Virus record (IMG/VR): IMGVR_UViG_3300027747_001390
Coordinates: 11,627 to 75,626 of that record
DNA from: a virus
Strand: one strand, 5' to 3'
DNA: 64,000 bases
In this document: piece after piece, positions 1-9,557 of the stretch
How positions within the stretch are numbered: position 1 is the stretch's first letter
Layout: every line of letters starts with the position of its first letter
The notes under the pieces: generated by a model
The model's database searches: none
The model's input: the letters and a program-made list of their open reading frames with translations, nothing else
What the model was told of the DNA's origin: nothing
Translations under genes and position numbers: made by a program

Positions 1-167
1 TTCGCATCGCTTGCGACAACTTTACGGGCGACACGCAGGGCGTGAAAATAGTAACGACGGCCCTCGTCTCCGAGCAGGACAACATGGAGCGTCCGTTCGA
101 GGGGCAGGCCAAACCACTGTACAGGGTTGATCAGGTCTACGAGGTCCGTTTCACAGAATTCGTCTGA
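1..167 (+). CDS. tail terminator/completion protein, 5'-partial
   Basis: Open frame from the window edge (RIACDNFTG...LYRVDQVYEVRFTEFV*, TGA 165-167), directly before the tail tube genes. Confidence 0.55.
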   Translation, partial: RIACDNFTGDTQGVKIVTTALVSEQDNMERPFEGQAKPLYRVDQVYEVRFTEFV

Positions 168-188
168 CGTCCGAGGAGGGACGGCACA

Positions 189-560
189 ATGGCTTACGAA
201 GCATCGCAGGGTATTGGTTTCTCTTTCTCGGGCACGAAGTTCACCGCCACCCAGATTTCCGTCTCCAAGAAGACGCCTGAGATCGACGTCACGTCGCTCG
301 AAGCTCCCAACGGAAGCTATCGCTCGTACCGTCTCGGCTCGATCCGCGACGGAGACGAACTGAAGGTGGATTTCATCGGCCTCACGCTGCCGCAGATGAC
401 GTCGACTGGCTCGATCACGTGGGCGATCGACGGCACTGGCTCGAACGCCGGGTTCACTGCCGGTCTGCCCACCGCAGCCCTCGTGACTTCGGCGGACGTG
501 ACGGCTCAGGTCGGCGAGTTGATCAAAGGCAGTATGTCGCTCCGATTGACCCAGAACTAG
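189..560 (+). CDS. tail tube-like protein 1
   Basis: GGAGG RBS; EIDVTSL and VTAQVGELIKGSMSLRL motifs; position before chaperone and tape measure. Confidence 0.65.
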   Translation: MAYEASQGIGFSFSGTKFTATQISVSKKTPEIDVTSLEAPNGSYRSYRLGSIRDGDELKVDFIGLTLPQMTSTGSITWAIDGTGSNAGFTAGLPTAALVTSADVTAQVGELIKGSMSLRLTQN

Positions 561-564
561 TTCA

Positions 565-999
565 ATGGCTTTCGTAGAACCATTCTCGTCTCACTGCTTA
601 AAGCTGTATTGGGGCGAAGATGTTTTCTATGCGAACTCCATCAAGCGAAGCGCGTCGTCGGCCACTGAGGTAGATATCACGAGCATGGATTCTAGGGTCA
701 CGCAAGACCCTAGGAACACACAGAGGAAGATGATTTGGAAGGAAGTCGACTCTTGCCTCGCCGATCCCGGCGAGGTTTCAGTTGACTTCTGGGCAGTCGC
801 GGCTGATTTGTACTCACTTCCGGATGCAATTGGGTACAAGAAGCTCTTGACTGTCAAAGAGCTAGATCAATACGGAGCAGACACAGGCAACATACTGCTT
901 TCGTATCAGTGCATCCTGACTAAGGTCGATCTCGATGCGAGTGTTGGTGAATACGTGAGGGGAAGCGTCACGTTTAAATTGTCTGGATACAAGGAGTAG
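565..999 (+). CDS. tail tube-like protein 2 (paralogue of 189-560)
   Basis: EVDITSM and LDASVGEYVRGSVTFKL match the motifs of the preceding gene. Confidence 0.6.
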   Translation: MAFVEPFSSHCLKLYWGEDVFYANSIKRSASSATEVDITSMDSRVTQDPRNTQRKMIWKEVDSCLADPGEVSVDFWAVAADLYSLPDAIGYKKLLTVKELDQYGADTGNILLSYQCILTKVDLDASVGEYVRGSVTFKLSGYKE

Positions 1000-1001
1000 G
1001 C

Positions 1002-1346
1002 ATGGCTCTCAGTAAAGCGGCGATTCTGGCGGCGAACGACAAGAAGATGGTCGACATGGAAGTTCCTGAGTGGAACGGCTCTGTGAAGATCAGGGTGATG
1101 AGCGGCACCGAGCGTGACCGTTTCGAGGCGGAGTTCGTCGGCGGCAACAAGTCGGTCGACATGGTCCGCGCGAAGCTCGTGGCGAAGTGCTTGTGCGACG
1201 AGGACGGCACACGTCTTTTCACAGAAGCTGAGATTCCTCAGCTTGGCGAGAAGTCGGCGGCGGTCCTCGACAAGCTCTTCACGGCTTGCATGAAATTGAA
1301 TCGATTCACGAAGGACGACGTTGAGGAGATGGCGGGAAACTCCTGA
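1002..1346 (+). CDS. tail assembly chaperone (gpG-like)
   Basis: VPEWNGSVKIRVMSGTERDRFE...LCDEDGTRLF; ends in slippery G GGA AAC (1334-1340). Confidence 0.85.
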   Translation: MALSKAAILAANDKKMVDMEVPEWNGSVKIRVMSGTERDRFEAEFVGGNKSVDMVRAKLVAKCLCDEDGTRLFTEAEIPQLGEKSAAVLDKLFTACMKLNRFTKDDVEEMAGNS

Positions 1347-1633
1347 GCCGTCCGAGGCGGCGTTTCGAGTTTCGACTGGCACTGGCCCTCGGGATGACGC
1401 ACAAGCAACTCTTGGAGTCTTGCGACGCCGAGGAGTTGGCGGAATGGGAGAGCTTTTGGCTCATAGAGCCGTGGGGAGACGAGTGGCGACAGACCGCTCG
1501 CCTTACCACGGCTCTTTGCACGGCGTGGGGCAGCAAGAACCTCGAAGAGGAGATGATCATGCCGTCGAGTCGAAAGCCACCGCAGACGAAGGAGCAGATG
1601 ATCGCGGAACTCCGAAAGGCATCCGGAGGCTAA
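1334..1633 (+). CDS. gpT-like extension reached by -1 programmed frameshift
   Basis: The -1 frame is open from GGGAAAC (KLLSRPRRRFEFRLALALGMTHKQLL...EPWGDEWRQ) to TAA 1631-1633, just before the tape measure gene. Confidence 0.8.
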   Translation, partial: GKLLSRPRRRFEFRLALALGMTHKQLLESCDAEELAEWESFWLIEPWGDEWRQTARLTTALCTAWGSKNLEEEMIMPSSRKPPQTKEQMIAELRKASGG

Positions 1634-1636
1634 GCG

Positions 1637-4600
1637 ATGGCAACAATCGGAAGCATTGTCGCCCAGTTCACCGCCGATACAGGTGGACTACAGAAAGGCG
1701 TCGAGGATGCCGTCAGCTACTTTCAAGGTCTTCGCGATCAGATCGCTGGAGCGACTGAAGACATCAAGCAGTTCAACGCTGTTCTCTCGGCGCAGATTGC
1801 TGTAGCGAACGCGGAACTGAACAAGCTGGACGTCGAGAAGTCGATTCGCATCGATGCTGATGTGAGCGACCTGAAGACGTCGATCGAGGAGGTTGACAAG
1901 CTCGCCTCAGTTTCTTTCGACGCAGACACGTCTTCCGTATCGTCCGCCGTCGAAGAGATATCCAAAGAGAAGCCAGCCGAAATCGAGGTGAAGGCCGACA
2001 CCACAAACCTCTCTACGGCCACTGGCGTTATCAAGCAGTTTGCAAGCACGTCAAAAGAACTTTTCTCTCAGTCTGGAGAAGAAGTCGTAGAGGGAGCGGA
2101 GAAGTTTGACACGTTTCGCACCTCCGCCGCAGTAATGGCGAGCGGAGTGACGAAGGCCTACTCCGATATAAAAAATGCGTCGAACCAGACTGCCAACGCA
2201 ATAAATGCAATCGGTGTTGCCGCTAGTGCGATATCGAAGACTGGTCAGGATGGGTTCAAGGGCTTCTCAAGCGCAGTCGAAGCGACAGTCATCGCCACCG
2301 GAAGGGCTTACGACGCGACAGAGACTCTCGCCAAGACTTACAAGGAATCTCTTCCCGCCGCAGCGTCGGCCTCGATTGCTGGCTTTAGGGCGTTTGTTGG
2401 TCAGCTTGGCGGCATAGACACACTCGGTCGCGCCGCAGGCGGCAGCGCGGCAGCGACCGCCATAACTGTAGGGAGCCTCGGCGGCGCGTTTGCGTCAGCG
2501 GCAGCATCTGTTGGCACATACGCAGCCGTGATCACGGCTGCGAAGGTGGCTTCTGCGGGGATGAGCGAGGAGGCTCAGGCCTATGTTCAGAGAGGTGCTG
2601 AATACGCGGGAGCATTTGCCGGTGTTGCCGCAGGCGCGGCTGCGACAACGTCGGCATACAATCTCGTGGCTGGCGCGTTGTATAAGTCTTCGACGGCCAC
2701 ACAGTTCTTTCAGAACGTGCTTCAGGGGCTGGGCGGCGGCATCACGACAGCCGTTGCTAGCTCGGCCAGCTTGGTTAAAAGTCTGACGCAAATCAATACC
2801 GTCATGAGTCTGGTTTCCTCGGCTGCGAACGAGAAAACAACCGGCTTGGGCTTTGTGTCACTCGCGGCTCGCGTTGCCGTAACATCTGTAATGTTTGGCG
2901 CGCTCGCCGGAGGCGTGCGTGCCTATGCGGCTGGCACGGCAGTGGCTGCGGGGGTGACTGGCGGAGCGTCTGCGGCGATCACCGGCCTAGCTGCCACGTT
3001 CCCTCTTGCTGCCGTCGGTGCTATGGCAGCAGCGGTAGCGACAGGGAAGTTCTTCCACGCACTTGAGCATCTCAGTGTTGCCACTCAGTCGCTCGATCAG
3101 ATGGCTGAACGGTTCGGCACGACCACTCAGGAGATGGAGAAGCTAAAGCTCGCCGCCGACAACACTCAGGTGAGCATGAGAATGCTGGGCAAGGCACAGC
3201 AGTCTTTCTATCAGAACCTGAGCAAGATTAAATCAGGCCAGTTCAACACAGAGAGCGTTCGCGAAGCCAAGATTGCTTTCGATAAGCTTGGCATCTCAAC
3301 AGAAGAACTCAAAAACAAAAGACCTGACGAAGCCTTCCGCCTAGCGGCAGCAGAACTGTCTAAGGTCGAAGACGCCGCCAAGCGAACGTCCATCGCGATG
3401 GACTTGTTTGGGCGAACTGGCGGAATGATCCTTCCAGCCTTGAAAGAGCTTGAAGAAATCGATCAGGACTTCGCGAGACTTGGCGGTGCCTTGAATTCTC
3501 TTGATACGAAGAGGCTCCTTGACGTCGAGGCTTCGTTCGACAGGCTTTCAGCGTCTGGGAAAAGCCTTGGCAGAACTCTCCTCATTCCGTTCGTCGAGCT
3601 TCAGAGAGCGTTCAACAATTTTTCCGCAGAGGTGAAGGGCGGCTTGTCCACTGCGCTGGCACCGCTTGCGAGTATGCTCGCAGACGTCAGCAAGCCGCTT
3701 TCGATCATCATTGAGATGGTCGGAAGAGTGATCGGCATCTTCCTGAGAATGGTTGCGGTGATTTTTCAGATTGCCGCCTCCTTGCAAGCGTTCGCCGCCT
3801 TTGCTGCCATATTTGAAGGCATTCGGTACGGCTTCGACATGATGATGAAGCCGATTGAGGATTTTATTGCCGGTGCTGCGGAGCTTGCGTCTGCATTTGC
3901 TGCTGCAATGAGGCCAGCCGCAGAGTACACGGGCATCCTTAGTCTTTTCGGAGTCGGCCTTCGGGCAATTGGAACCGCTGTAGGCGTCGTCTTGGCTTTT
4001 ATAGGGCAGCTTGCGATTTACGTAGGAGTAGGAGCCGCTGCGTGGGGGATTTACACGGTCGCTATCTCGCTCGCCAGCGCGACGTCTCTGCTCGCTGCCG
4101 CTAACTTCGCACTAGCATGGGCTGCGGCACTCGGACCAATTGCCGTCGCGGCCCTCGCGCTTGCGGCAATCGGCGGCGTATTAACTGTCTTGGTCAAGGG
4201 ACTGGTTGAAGCTGGAAAGTGGGTCTACGGACTCGCAAAGTCGTTCATTGGCTTTAAGTCCGCACCTGAGAAAATCGACGCCACCCGCGCTTCTGTCGAC
4301 GAACTTGCCGAGGCTTCGCGCGCGGCCTCTGCGTTCAAGGGCGGTAAGTCTCCTGCGTTTGATGAGGTCAAGAAGTCAGTTACTGAAGCAAAAGAAGAGA
4401 TCAACTCGCTGACGATCGAGTCGGCGAGGTATGGCTCCGAGGGGTCTGCCGCTGCGAAGGCTGCTCAGGAGGGCTTCAGCGAGCTTCAGCAAAAGCTTGC
4501 CGACGGAAGGATCACGCTCGAAGAGTTTGATGAGCAGACAAAAAAGAACGCCGAAAACCTCCGCGAAAACCTGAAGTCATACAAAGACGACAGCCCGGCT

Positions 4601-6901
4601 ATCGCGCTCAAGAAAAACCTCGAACTCTACAAGCAACTCAACGACGCTGCGAAGGCAGCAACGAAGTCCACCAGAGACATTGGTGCCGGTACGGTGATCG
4701 AAGACAAGTTCTTTCCGACTTCCGAAAAGATCAAGACTAAGGCGGCAGAGTATAAGGCCGAGTACATAAAGGCTCTTGAGGAGATCAAGAAAAAGCAGCA
4801 GGAGGGCTTTTTCGCCGACGAGATCAAGCAAAAGAAGGAAAAAAATCAGTCAGACTTCGACAACAATCTGATCTCGAAAGATCAGTTCGAGACGGTCAAG
4901 CTTGAACTTGACTCGACGAACGCTCAAGAGGAAGCATCAATCGCGGCCGAGGAGGTCAAGAGAGAGTTTGATCGCAATAACAAGATCAACATCGAGCTTG
5001 ACACTTCGTTTGCAGAAAAGATTCGCAAGGAACTCGAAGACGCTTTCATGAGTCCGGTCGACAAGTTCGAGGACGAGCTTGACAAGATCAAAAACAACAA
5101 GTCGCTGACCGACACTGAAAAAGCACTCGCAAGGGCGAACCTGACCAAGAAAACAAGAGAAAGCCTCGTCGGCAAGTCTGCCCAGACTCAGTTTCAGGAA
5201 CGCACCCGTGACGTTAAGCAGGCTGCTGCGGCTGGCCTGATCAGCACAGGCGAGTTGAACGCGGAACTCAAGAAGGCCTCTGAAGACTTTGCGTCAGCCG
5301 TCGGCGTGACCAAGACCCCGTTCGAGACGTTCTCTTCGTCTCTCAACAACATTGCCAAGCAGTTTGGCTTCGCAGGCCAGCCTATCGACGTCGTTCGTGA
5401 GAAGCTCAAGGGCAATGCCGAGCAACTTGCGATGTTTGATCGGGCGGTCAAGGAGTCTCGCGACAATCTCCTCGCGTCACTGGGCATCGAGAAGACTCCT
5501 CAGCAAGTCTTCGATGAGCAGATCGAGAAGATCGAGGAGGCCGCGAACTCGAAAGACCCAAACAAGAGCATCACCAGCGAGCAGGCCGATCAGGCGAGGG
5601 CCGCAGCGAGACGCAAGCGAGACGAGGCTCTCGGTGCCGGTGCAGACCTCGCGGGGCAGTTTAGCGATCGTCAGGCGAAGATCAACGAGGCCTACGGCGG
5701 TGGAAAAGACCCGGCAAAACTTGCGGTGGCACAGAACAAGCTTGACATGGACAAGAGGTCTGCCGCCGGTCTTGATGCTACGCCCGCTCAGGCACTGAAG
5801 GCCGGTATCGATAAGGTAAACGACGCGTTCGGCGTGACAGGAAAGTCGCTGGCTGAGATTCAGTCGTCTCTCTCGCCAGCAGAGTTCGAGGAGTACCAAG
5901 AGGCGATCAAGAAAAACAAGACCGCCGTCGAGGAGTCTCTTGGAATTCAAAAGCCGTCGATCGTGAAACTGCAAGAGGCTCAAGACAAGCTCTCCGACGC
6001 CGTCGGAGAGAACGTCATCTCTCAGCAACAGGCTAGCTCTGCGGCTAGAAAACTTCGAGACGACTTTATGTCTTCTATTGGCGTCGCCAAGACTCCGTTT
6101 GAGGAGTTTTCGGGTGCCATCGACAACATCGCAGAGCAGTTCGACATGGCGGGCCAGCCTCTCGAAACAATTCGAGACAAGCTGAAGGGCAACGCGGATC
6201 AGCTTGCGTTGTTTGACCGTGCCGTAAAGACAGCACGTGACAATCTTCTGTCATCCCTCGGCATCGAGAAGACTCCTCAGCAAATCTTCGACGAGCAGAT
6301 GAAGAAAATCGAGGAAGCAGCGAACTCGACTGACCCCAATAAGAAAATCACGAAAGAGCAGGCTGAGCAGGCAAGGACAAACGCCCTAAGAAAGCGAGAT
6401 GAGGCTCTCGGTGGCGAGAGTGCGGCAGACTTCGGCGGCAAGATCAAGGAACAACGCGCGAAGATCGAGGAAGCATACGGCAAGAACGGCGCGAACGATC
6501 CTGAGAAGTTCAAGTCTGCCATGCGGAAGCTCAACGAGTCTATCCCCGGTGCTGAGCAGCAAAGCCCAGTCCAGAAGTTCCAAGAAGACCTTGAGAAGCT
6601 CAAGGCAGCTTTCGGCGAGGGAACTCCCGAGTTCGAGCAGGGCAAGAAGAACCTTCAGGCTCAACTTCAAGATGAACTGAAGCCCGCCCTCGATGCGACT
6701 AAGGAGGACCGCAGAAGCGTCGATGCCTCTGATTCTCGAAGCAAAGGCGGCGTCGACACGTTCTTCCGTATCCTGCGAGGCAACGACAACCCGTCTCTCA
6801 AGGCTCAGCTTGAAGTCGCACGCAACACGAAGTTTCTCGCCGATGCGGCGAGGGATAGGGACGCAGCACCAGTCATCGCTCAACTCTCAGCACCACGGTA
6901 A
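1637..6901 (+). CDS. tail tape measure protein
   Basis: 1754 aa, Ala/Gly-rich and coiled-coil, hydrophobic middle, N-terminal MATIGSIVAQFTADT; follows the G/GT chaperone. Confidence 0.92.
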   Translation: MATIGSIVAQFTADTGGLQKGVEDAVSYFQGLRDQIAGATEDIKQFNAVLSAQIAVANAELNKLDVEKSIRIDADVSDLKTSIEEVDKLASVSFDADTSSVSSAVEEISKEKPAEIEVKADTTNLSTATGVIKQFASTSKELFSQSGEEVVEGAEKFDTFRTSAAVMASGVTKAYSDIKNASNQTANAINAIGVAASAISKTGQDGFKGFSSAVEATVIATGRAYDATETLAKTYKESLPAAASASIAGFRAFVGQLGGIDTLGRAAGGSAAATAITVGSLGGAFASAAASVGTYAAVITAAKVASAGMSEEAQAYVQRGAEYAGAFAGVAAGAAATTSAYNLVAGALYKSSTATQFFQNVLQGLGGGITTAVASSASLVKSLTQINTVMSLVSSAANEKTTGLGFVSLAARVAVTSVMFGALAGGVRAYAAGTAVAAGVTGGASAAITGLAATFPLAAVGAMAAAVATGKFFHALEHLSVATQSLDQMAERFGTTTQEMEKLKLAADNTQVSMRMLGKAQQSFYQNLSKIKSGQFNTESVREAKIAFDKLGISTEELKNKRPDEAFRLAAAELSKVEDAAKRTSIAMDLFGRTGGMILPALKELEEIDQDFARLGGALNSLDTKRLLDVEASFDRLSASGKSLGRTLLIPFVELQRAFNNFSAEVKGGLSTALAPLASMLADVSKPLSIIIEMVGRVIGIFLRMVAVIFQIAASLQAFAAFAAIFEGIRYGFDMMMKPIEDFIAGAAELASAFAAAMRPAAEYTGILSLFGVGLRAIGTAVGVVLAFIGQLAIYVGVGAAAWGIYTVAISLASATSLLAAANFALAWAAALGPIAVAALALAAIGGVLTVLVKGLVEAGKWVYGLAKSFIGFKSAPEKIDATRASVDELAEASRAASAFKGGKSPAFDEVKKSVTEAKEEINSLTIESARYGSEGSAAAKAAQEGFSELQQKLADGRITLEEFDEQTKKNAENLRENLKSYKDDSPAIALKKNLELYKQLNDAAKAATKSTRDIGAGTVIEDKFFPTSEKIKTKAAEYKAEYIKALEEIKKKQQEGFFADEIKQKKEKNQSDFDNNLISKDQFETVKLELDSTNAQEEASIAAEEVKREFDRNNKINIELDTSFAEKIRKELEDAFMSPVDKFEDELDKIKNNKSLTDTEKALARANLTKKTRESLVGKSAQTQFQERTRDVKQAAAAGLISTGELNAELKKASEDFASAVGVTKTPFETFSSSLNNIAKQFGFAGQPIDVVREKLKGNAEQLAMFDRAVKESRDNLLASLGIEKTPQQVFDEQIEKIEEAANSKDPNKSITSEQADQARAAARRKRDEALGAGADLAGQFSDRQAKINEAYGGGKDPAKLAVAQNKLDMDKRSAAGLDATPAQALKAGIDKVNDAFGVTGKSLAEIQSSLSPAEFEEYQEAIKKNKTAVEESLGIQKPSIVKLQEAQDKLSDAVGENVISQQQASSAARKLRDDFMSSIGVAKTPFEEFSGAIDNIAEQFDMAGQPLETIRDKLKGNADQLALFDRAVKTARDNLLSSLGIEKTPQQIFDEQMKKIEEAANSTDPNKKITKEQAEQARTNALRKRDEALGGESAADFGGKIKEQRAKIEEAYGKNGANDPEKFKSAMRKLNESIPGAEQQSPVQKFQEDLEKLKAAFGEGTPEFEQGKKNLQAQLQDELKPALDATKEDRRSVDASDSRSKGGVDTFFRILRGNDNPSLKAQLEVARNTKFLADAARDRDAAPVIAQLSAPR
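5303..6412 (+). repeat. internal ~111-codon duplication in tape measure (5303-5635 and 6080-6412)
   Basis: GVxKTPFE...KLKGNAxQLAxFDRAVK..RDNLLxSLGIEKTPQQxFDEQ...RKRDEALG occurs twice, 777 bp apart. Confidence 0.9.
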
Positions 6902-6903
6902 TC

Positions 6904-7761
6904 ATGGCAGTAGTAGATTCTAGAGAGATGTATCGCGGCCGGAGTCGCCAGACGACCTACGGCGACGTGCCAACGTACACTCGCATTTTTCTTGTGCGTG
7001 TCGACGACCCCAACACGGACCTTCAGGCTATATCCGAAGAGCCGGGCATCGACTGGCTGGACCCTCACCCGGAGGACGAGAACGCTCTGCTCGTTGACTC
7101 GAACATTCAGCAGGACGGCGACTCGCCGTTTCACTACAGGCTGACGTTCACATACAAGTCTGCAACAGACCTCGACAAAGACCCGCTAAACCGTCCCGCT
7201 CAGTTTTCGTTCAGCGGGGGACTCGCGTCCGCGCCAGCGTTTTGGCACTTCCCCAACAGCAACGACAACAGCACGAAGCGGATCATCATCAACACAGCCG
7301 GAGACCCGATCGGAGGGCTCGACCGAGACGAGGGTGAGTTCACGGTGTCGATCACGATCAACAAGGCTCCGCCGTTCAACTACGCGAAAGCGCAGGCGTA
7401 TGTCGGTGCGATCAATTCTGACTCGTGGAGCGGCGGTGCCCCCAAGACGTGGAAGTGTATGTCCATCACGGGGAACCGAAAAATCGAGGACGTCCAAGCT
7501 GAGCAGTATATCTACTGGGAGACAAGCACAACTCTCGCGTATCGAGGCACCGGCTGGGACTTGCAGACTTGGGACGTCGGTTTCAATCAGATCGTCGGCG
7601 GGAAACGGAAAAAAATTATGGCTGGGTCTGAGCCTGTCAGTGAACCAGCCGCACTTAGCAACGGTCGAGAGAAGACTCCGGGCCAGCCGCCTGATCTCCT
7701 GTCGTTTCGCGTCTATCCGATGCTGCCTTTCACCGATACTTTCCCGCCCCTGCCGTCGTGA
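6904..7761 (+). CDS. distal tail/baseplate hub-like protein
   Basis: 285 aa, beta-rich, immediately after tape measure. Confidence 0.55.
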   Translation: MAVVDSREMYRGRSRQTTYGDVPTYTRIFLVRVDDPNTDLQAISEEPGIDWLDPHPEDENALLVDSNIQQDGDSPFHYRLTFTYKSATDLDKDPLNRPAQFSFSGGLASAPAFWHFPNSNDNSTKRIIINTAGDPIGGLDRDEGEFTVSITINKAPPFNYAKAQAYVGAINSDSWSGGAPKTWKCMSITGNRKIEDVQAEQYIYWETSTTLAYRGTGWDLQTWDVGFNQIVGGKRKKIMAGSEPVSEPAALSNGREKTPGQPPDLLSFRVYPMLPFTDTFPPLPS

Positions 7762-7769
7762 GGTGATGC

Positions 7770-8393
7770 ATGAGTTATGGACCGTCGAGGCAGGACCGTG
7801 GTGCTGGCAACTCTGGTGAGCAGCCGGTGCAGTTCAAGCTGGCTGACGCTCAGCGTATTGCGAACGTCGTCGGAACGGTCGAGGGGGCGAGGAGAGATCG
7901 AAAGAACAGCTTCCTGTCGAGGGCCGTTGGACAGTCGTCGCATTACCTGAGCAAGACGACGGCTACGTGGACGATTGGAACAAGCCAGACGTTGACTCTG
8001 TACGTTGGTGACCCCGGCAGCGAAGCGGCGTCGAGCGGCGATACTGTTGACGCGTGGAACAAGACCGGCGGCGATATTGCCAGTGGCAAGTGGGTGCTGC
8101 TCGCTCGGGCTAACGGAAATTTTTACCTTGCCGAGCCGGAGGTAGTTGAGCAGGAAGTTTTGACCGGCGTAACGCTTGGCCCGTCTGGTCTAGTGTTTAC
8201 GAAAGAAACGGTCTACGTCATCGGCAAGAAGTCGCCGTCGCCGTCTGACATAACGATCTCGCCGGTGGATGCCAGCGTGATAACGCACGTGTCGCTTGGA
8301 GCGGGTGGCCTTACCTTTACGAAGCGAGGCATTAAGGTGCTTGCCACCTCGACGGCATCGGAGGTAACTATCGGAACAACGACCTGCCCATAA
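7770..8393 (+). CDS. tail-tip-associated protein
   Basis: Position; C-terminal repeat LTGVTLGPSGLVFTK / ITHVSLGAGGLTFTK; ends TTTCP. Confidence 0.45.
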   Translation: MSYGPSRQDRGAGNSGEQPVQFKLADAQRIANVVGTVEGARRDRKNSFLSRAVGQSSHYLSKTTATWTIGTSQTLTLYVGDPGSEAASSGDTVDAWNKTGGDIASGKWVLLARANGNFYLAEPEVVEQEVLTGVTLGPSGLVFTKETVYVIGKKSPSPSDITISPVDASVITHVSLGAGGLTFTKRGIKVLATSTASEVTIGTTTCP

Positions 8394-8809
8394 TGCCACT
8401 CGCAATAAAAAACGGCTTGTTGGTTCTGAAAAGTGGCCTTCTTGCGCAGAACTGCGCGTGCTGCGGAAAGCAGTGCGACTCCAATGTTAATTTTTATGAA
8501 TGCGACGACATGGTGACTTATGAATTCTTGGATATGACGAACTATCCGGGAAACGTCGTAAAAGAGATTGTTGCAAGCCGCCAGTTGATTACCATCCCAG
8601 CAAGCTATTCTCTGCCAGTTACGGTAAAGTTTTGCGGTACTGCTGACGACGGATTCTTGATTGATGGTGCTTTGCTGGCAATGTTTGGAGTTAACCCGCC
8701 TGACCGTACATTGAACACAAGGACATTTACGATAAGTGTTTACAACGCTGGCGGGCCGATTGCCGGTAACTTGAAAATGTGCTTTGCTTCTGTGAACCCA
8801 CTTCCGTGA
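8393..8809 (+). CDS. Cys-rich N-terminus, low-GC putative receptor-binding or tail accessory protein
   Basis: NCACCGKQC motif; AT-richer than flanks; overlaps both neighbours. Confidence 0.4.
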   Translation: MPLAIKNGLLVLKSGLLAQNCACCGKQCDSNVNFYECDDMVTYEFLDMTNYPGNVVKEIVASRQLITIPASYSLPVTVKFCGTADDGFLIDGALLAMFGVNPPDRTLNTRTFTISVYNAGGPIAGNLKMCFASVNPLP

Positions 8810-9249
8810 TTACATGCCACCGCTCACACCTTGAAGCCCGTTGCACTGAGCGTGGCTACACGCTCAAAGAGGTGCTGCCGTGCGTTGTATCGCAAGACGG
8901 CGACGAGTGGACTATTGACGTTGAGCATCCGGCGTATCCGCGAGTTTCTCGGCTACCGGAGCCGCCAGCCACACCAGCGAGCGGCCCCGGCACCGAGCTA
9001 AAGAAGCTCCTCGCCAAGGTCGGCATCACCGCCACGCCCGACTGCGCGTGCAACGATCGCGCCGCAGAGATGGACCGCCGCGAGCAGGAGACGCCCGGCT
9101 GGTGCGAGGCCAACCTAGACACGATCGTCGGCTGGCTCCGCGAGCAGGCCGAGGCTCGCGGGCTGCCGTTCATTGATCTGGCGGGCAGGATGCTCGTGCG
9201 GCGGGCGATCAAGAATGCACGCAAGGAGGCGGGCAAATATTCTATCTGA
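8806..9249 (+). CDS. hypothetical protein (GPGTELKKLL...CACNDRA motif)
   Basis: GTG start overlapping the previous TGA; Cys-containing. Confidence 0.6.
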   Translation: MITCHRSHLEARCTERGYTLKEVLPCVVSQDGDEWTIDVEHPAYPRVSRLPEPPATPASGPGTELKKLLAKVGITATPDCACNDRAAEMDRREQETPGWCEANLDTIVGWLREQAEARGLPFIDLAGRMLVRRAIKNARKEAGKYSI

Positions 9250-9275
9250 GGCTGCGTTATTTTCGAGAAACTATT

Positions 9276-9557
9276 TTGCAACCAAGCGACCACCACTTCC
9301 AAATAGACAACCAGAAATGGCTCTGGCGTTACTCACCGCTCAAGGGCCGGGCCGACGGCTGGACTGAGTTCGACAAGAGAAAAGTGTTGATCCATTCGGA
9401 GCTACAGGGTAGAAAGAGGCTCGAAATCGAGCTACACGAAGGGCTTCACGCCAGCCTTGGCCCTACGATCTCGGAAGAGTCGGTCACGCAGACGGCTCGC
9501 GATCTTGCCAAGATTCTCTGGTCTCTCGGCTACAGGATTCAGGAGGAATCTAAGTGA
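9276..9557 (+). CDS. small HExxH zinc metallopeptidase-like protein
   Basis: ELHEGLHA motif. Confidence 0.5.
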   Translation: MQPSDHHFQIDNQKWLWRYSPLKGRADGWTEFDKRKVLIHSELQGRKRLEIELHEGLHASLGPTISEESVTQTARDLAKILWSLGYRIQEESK

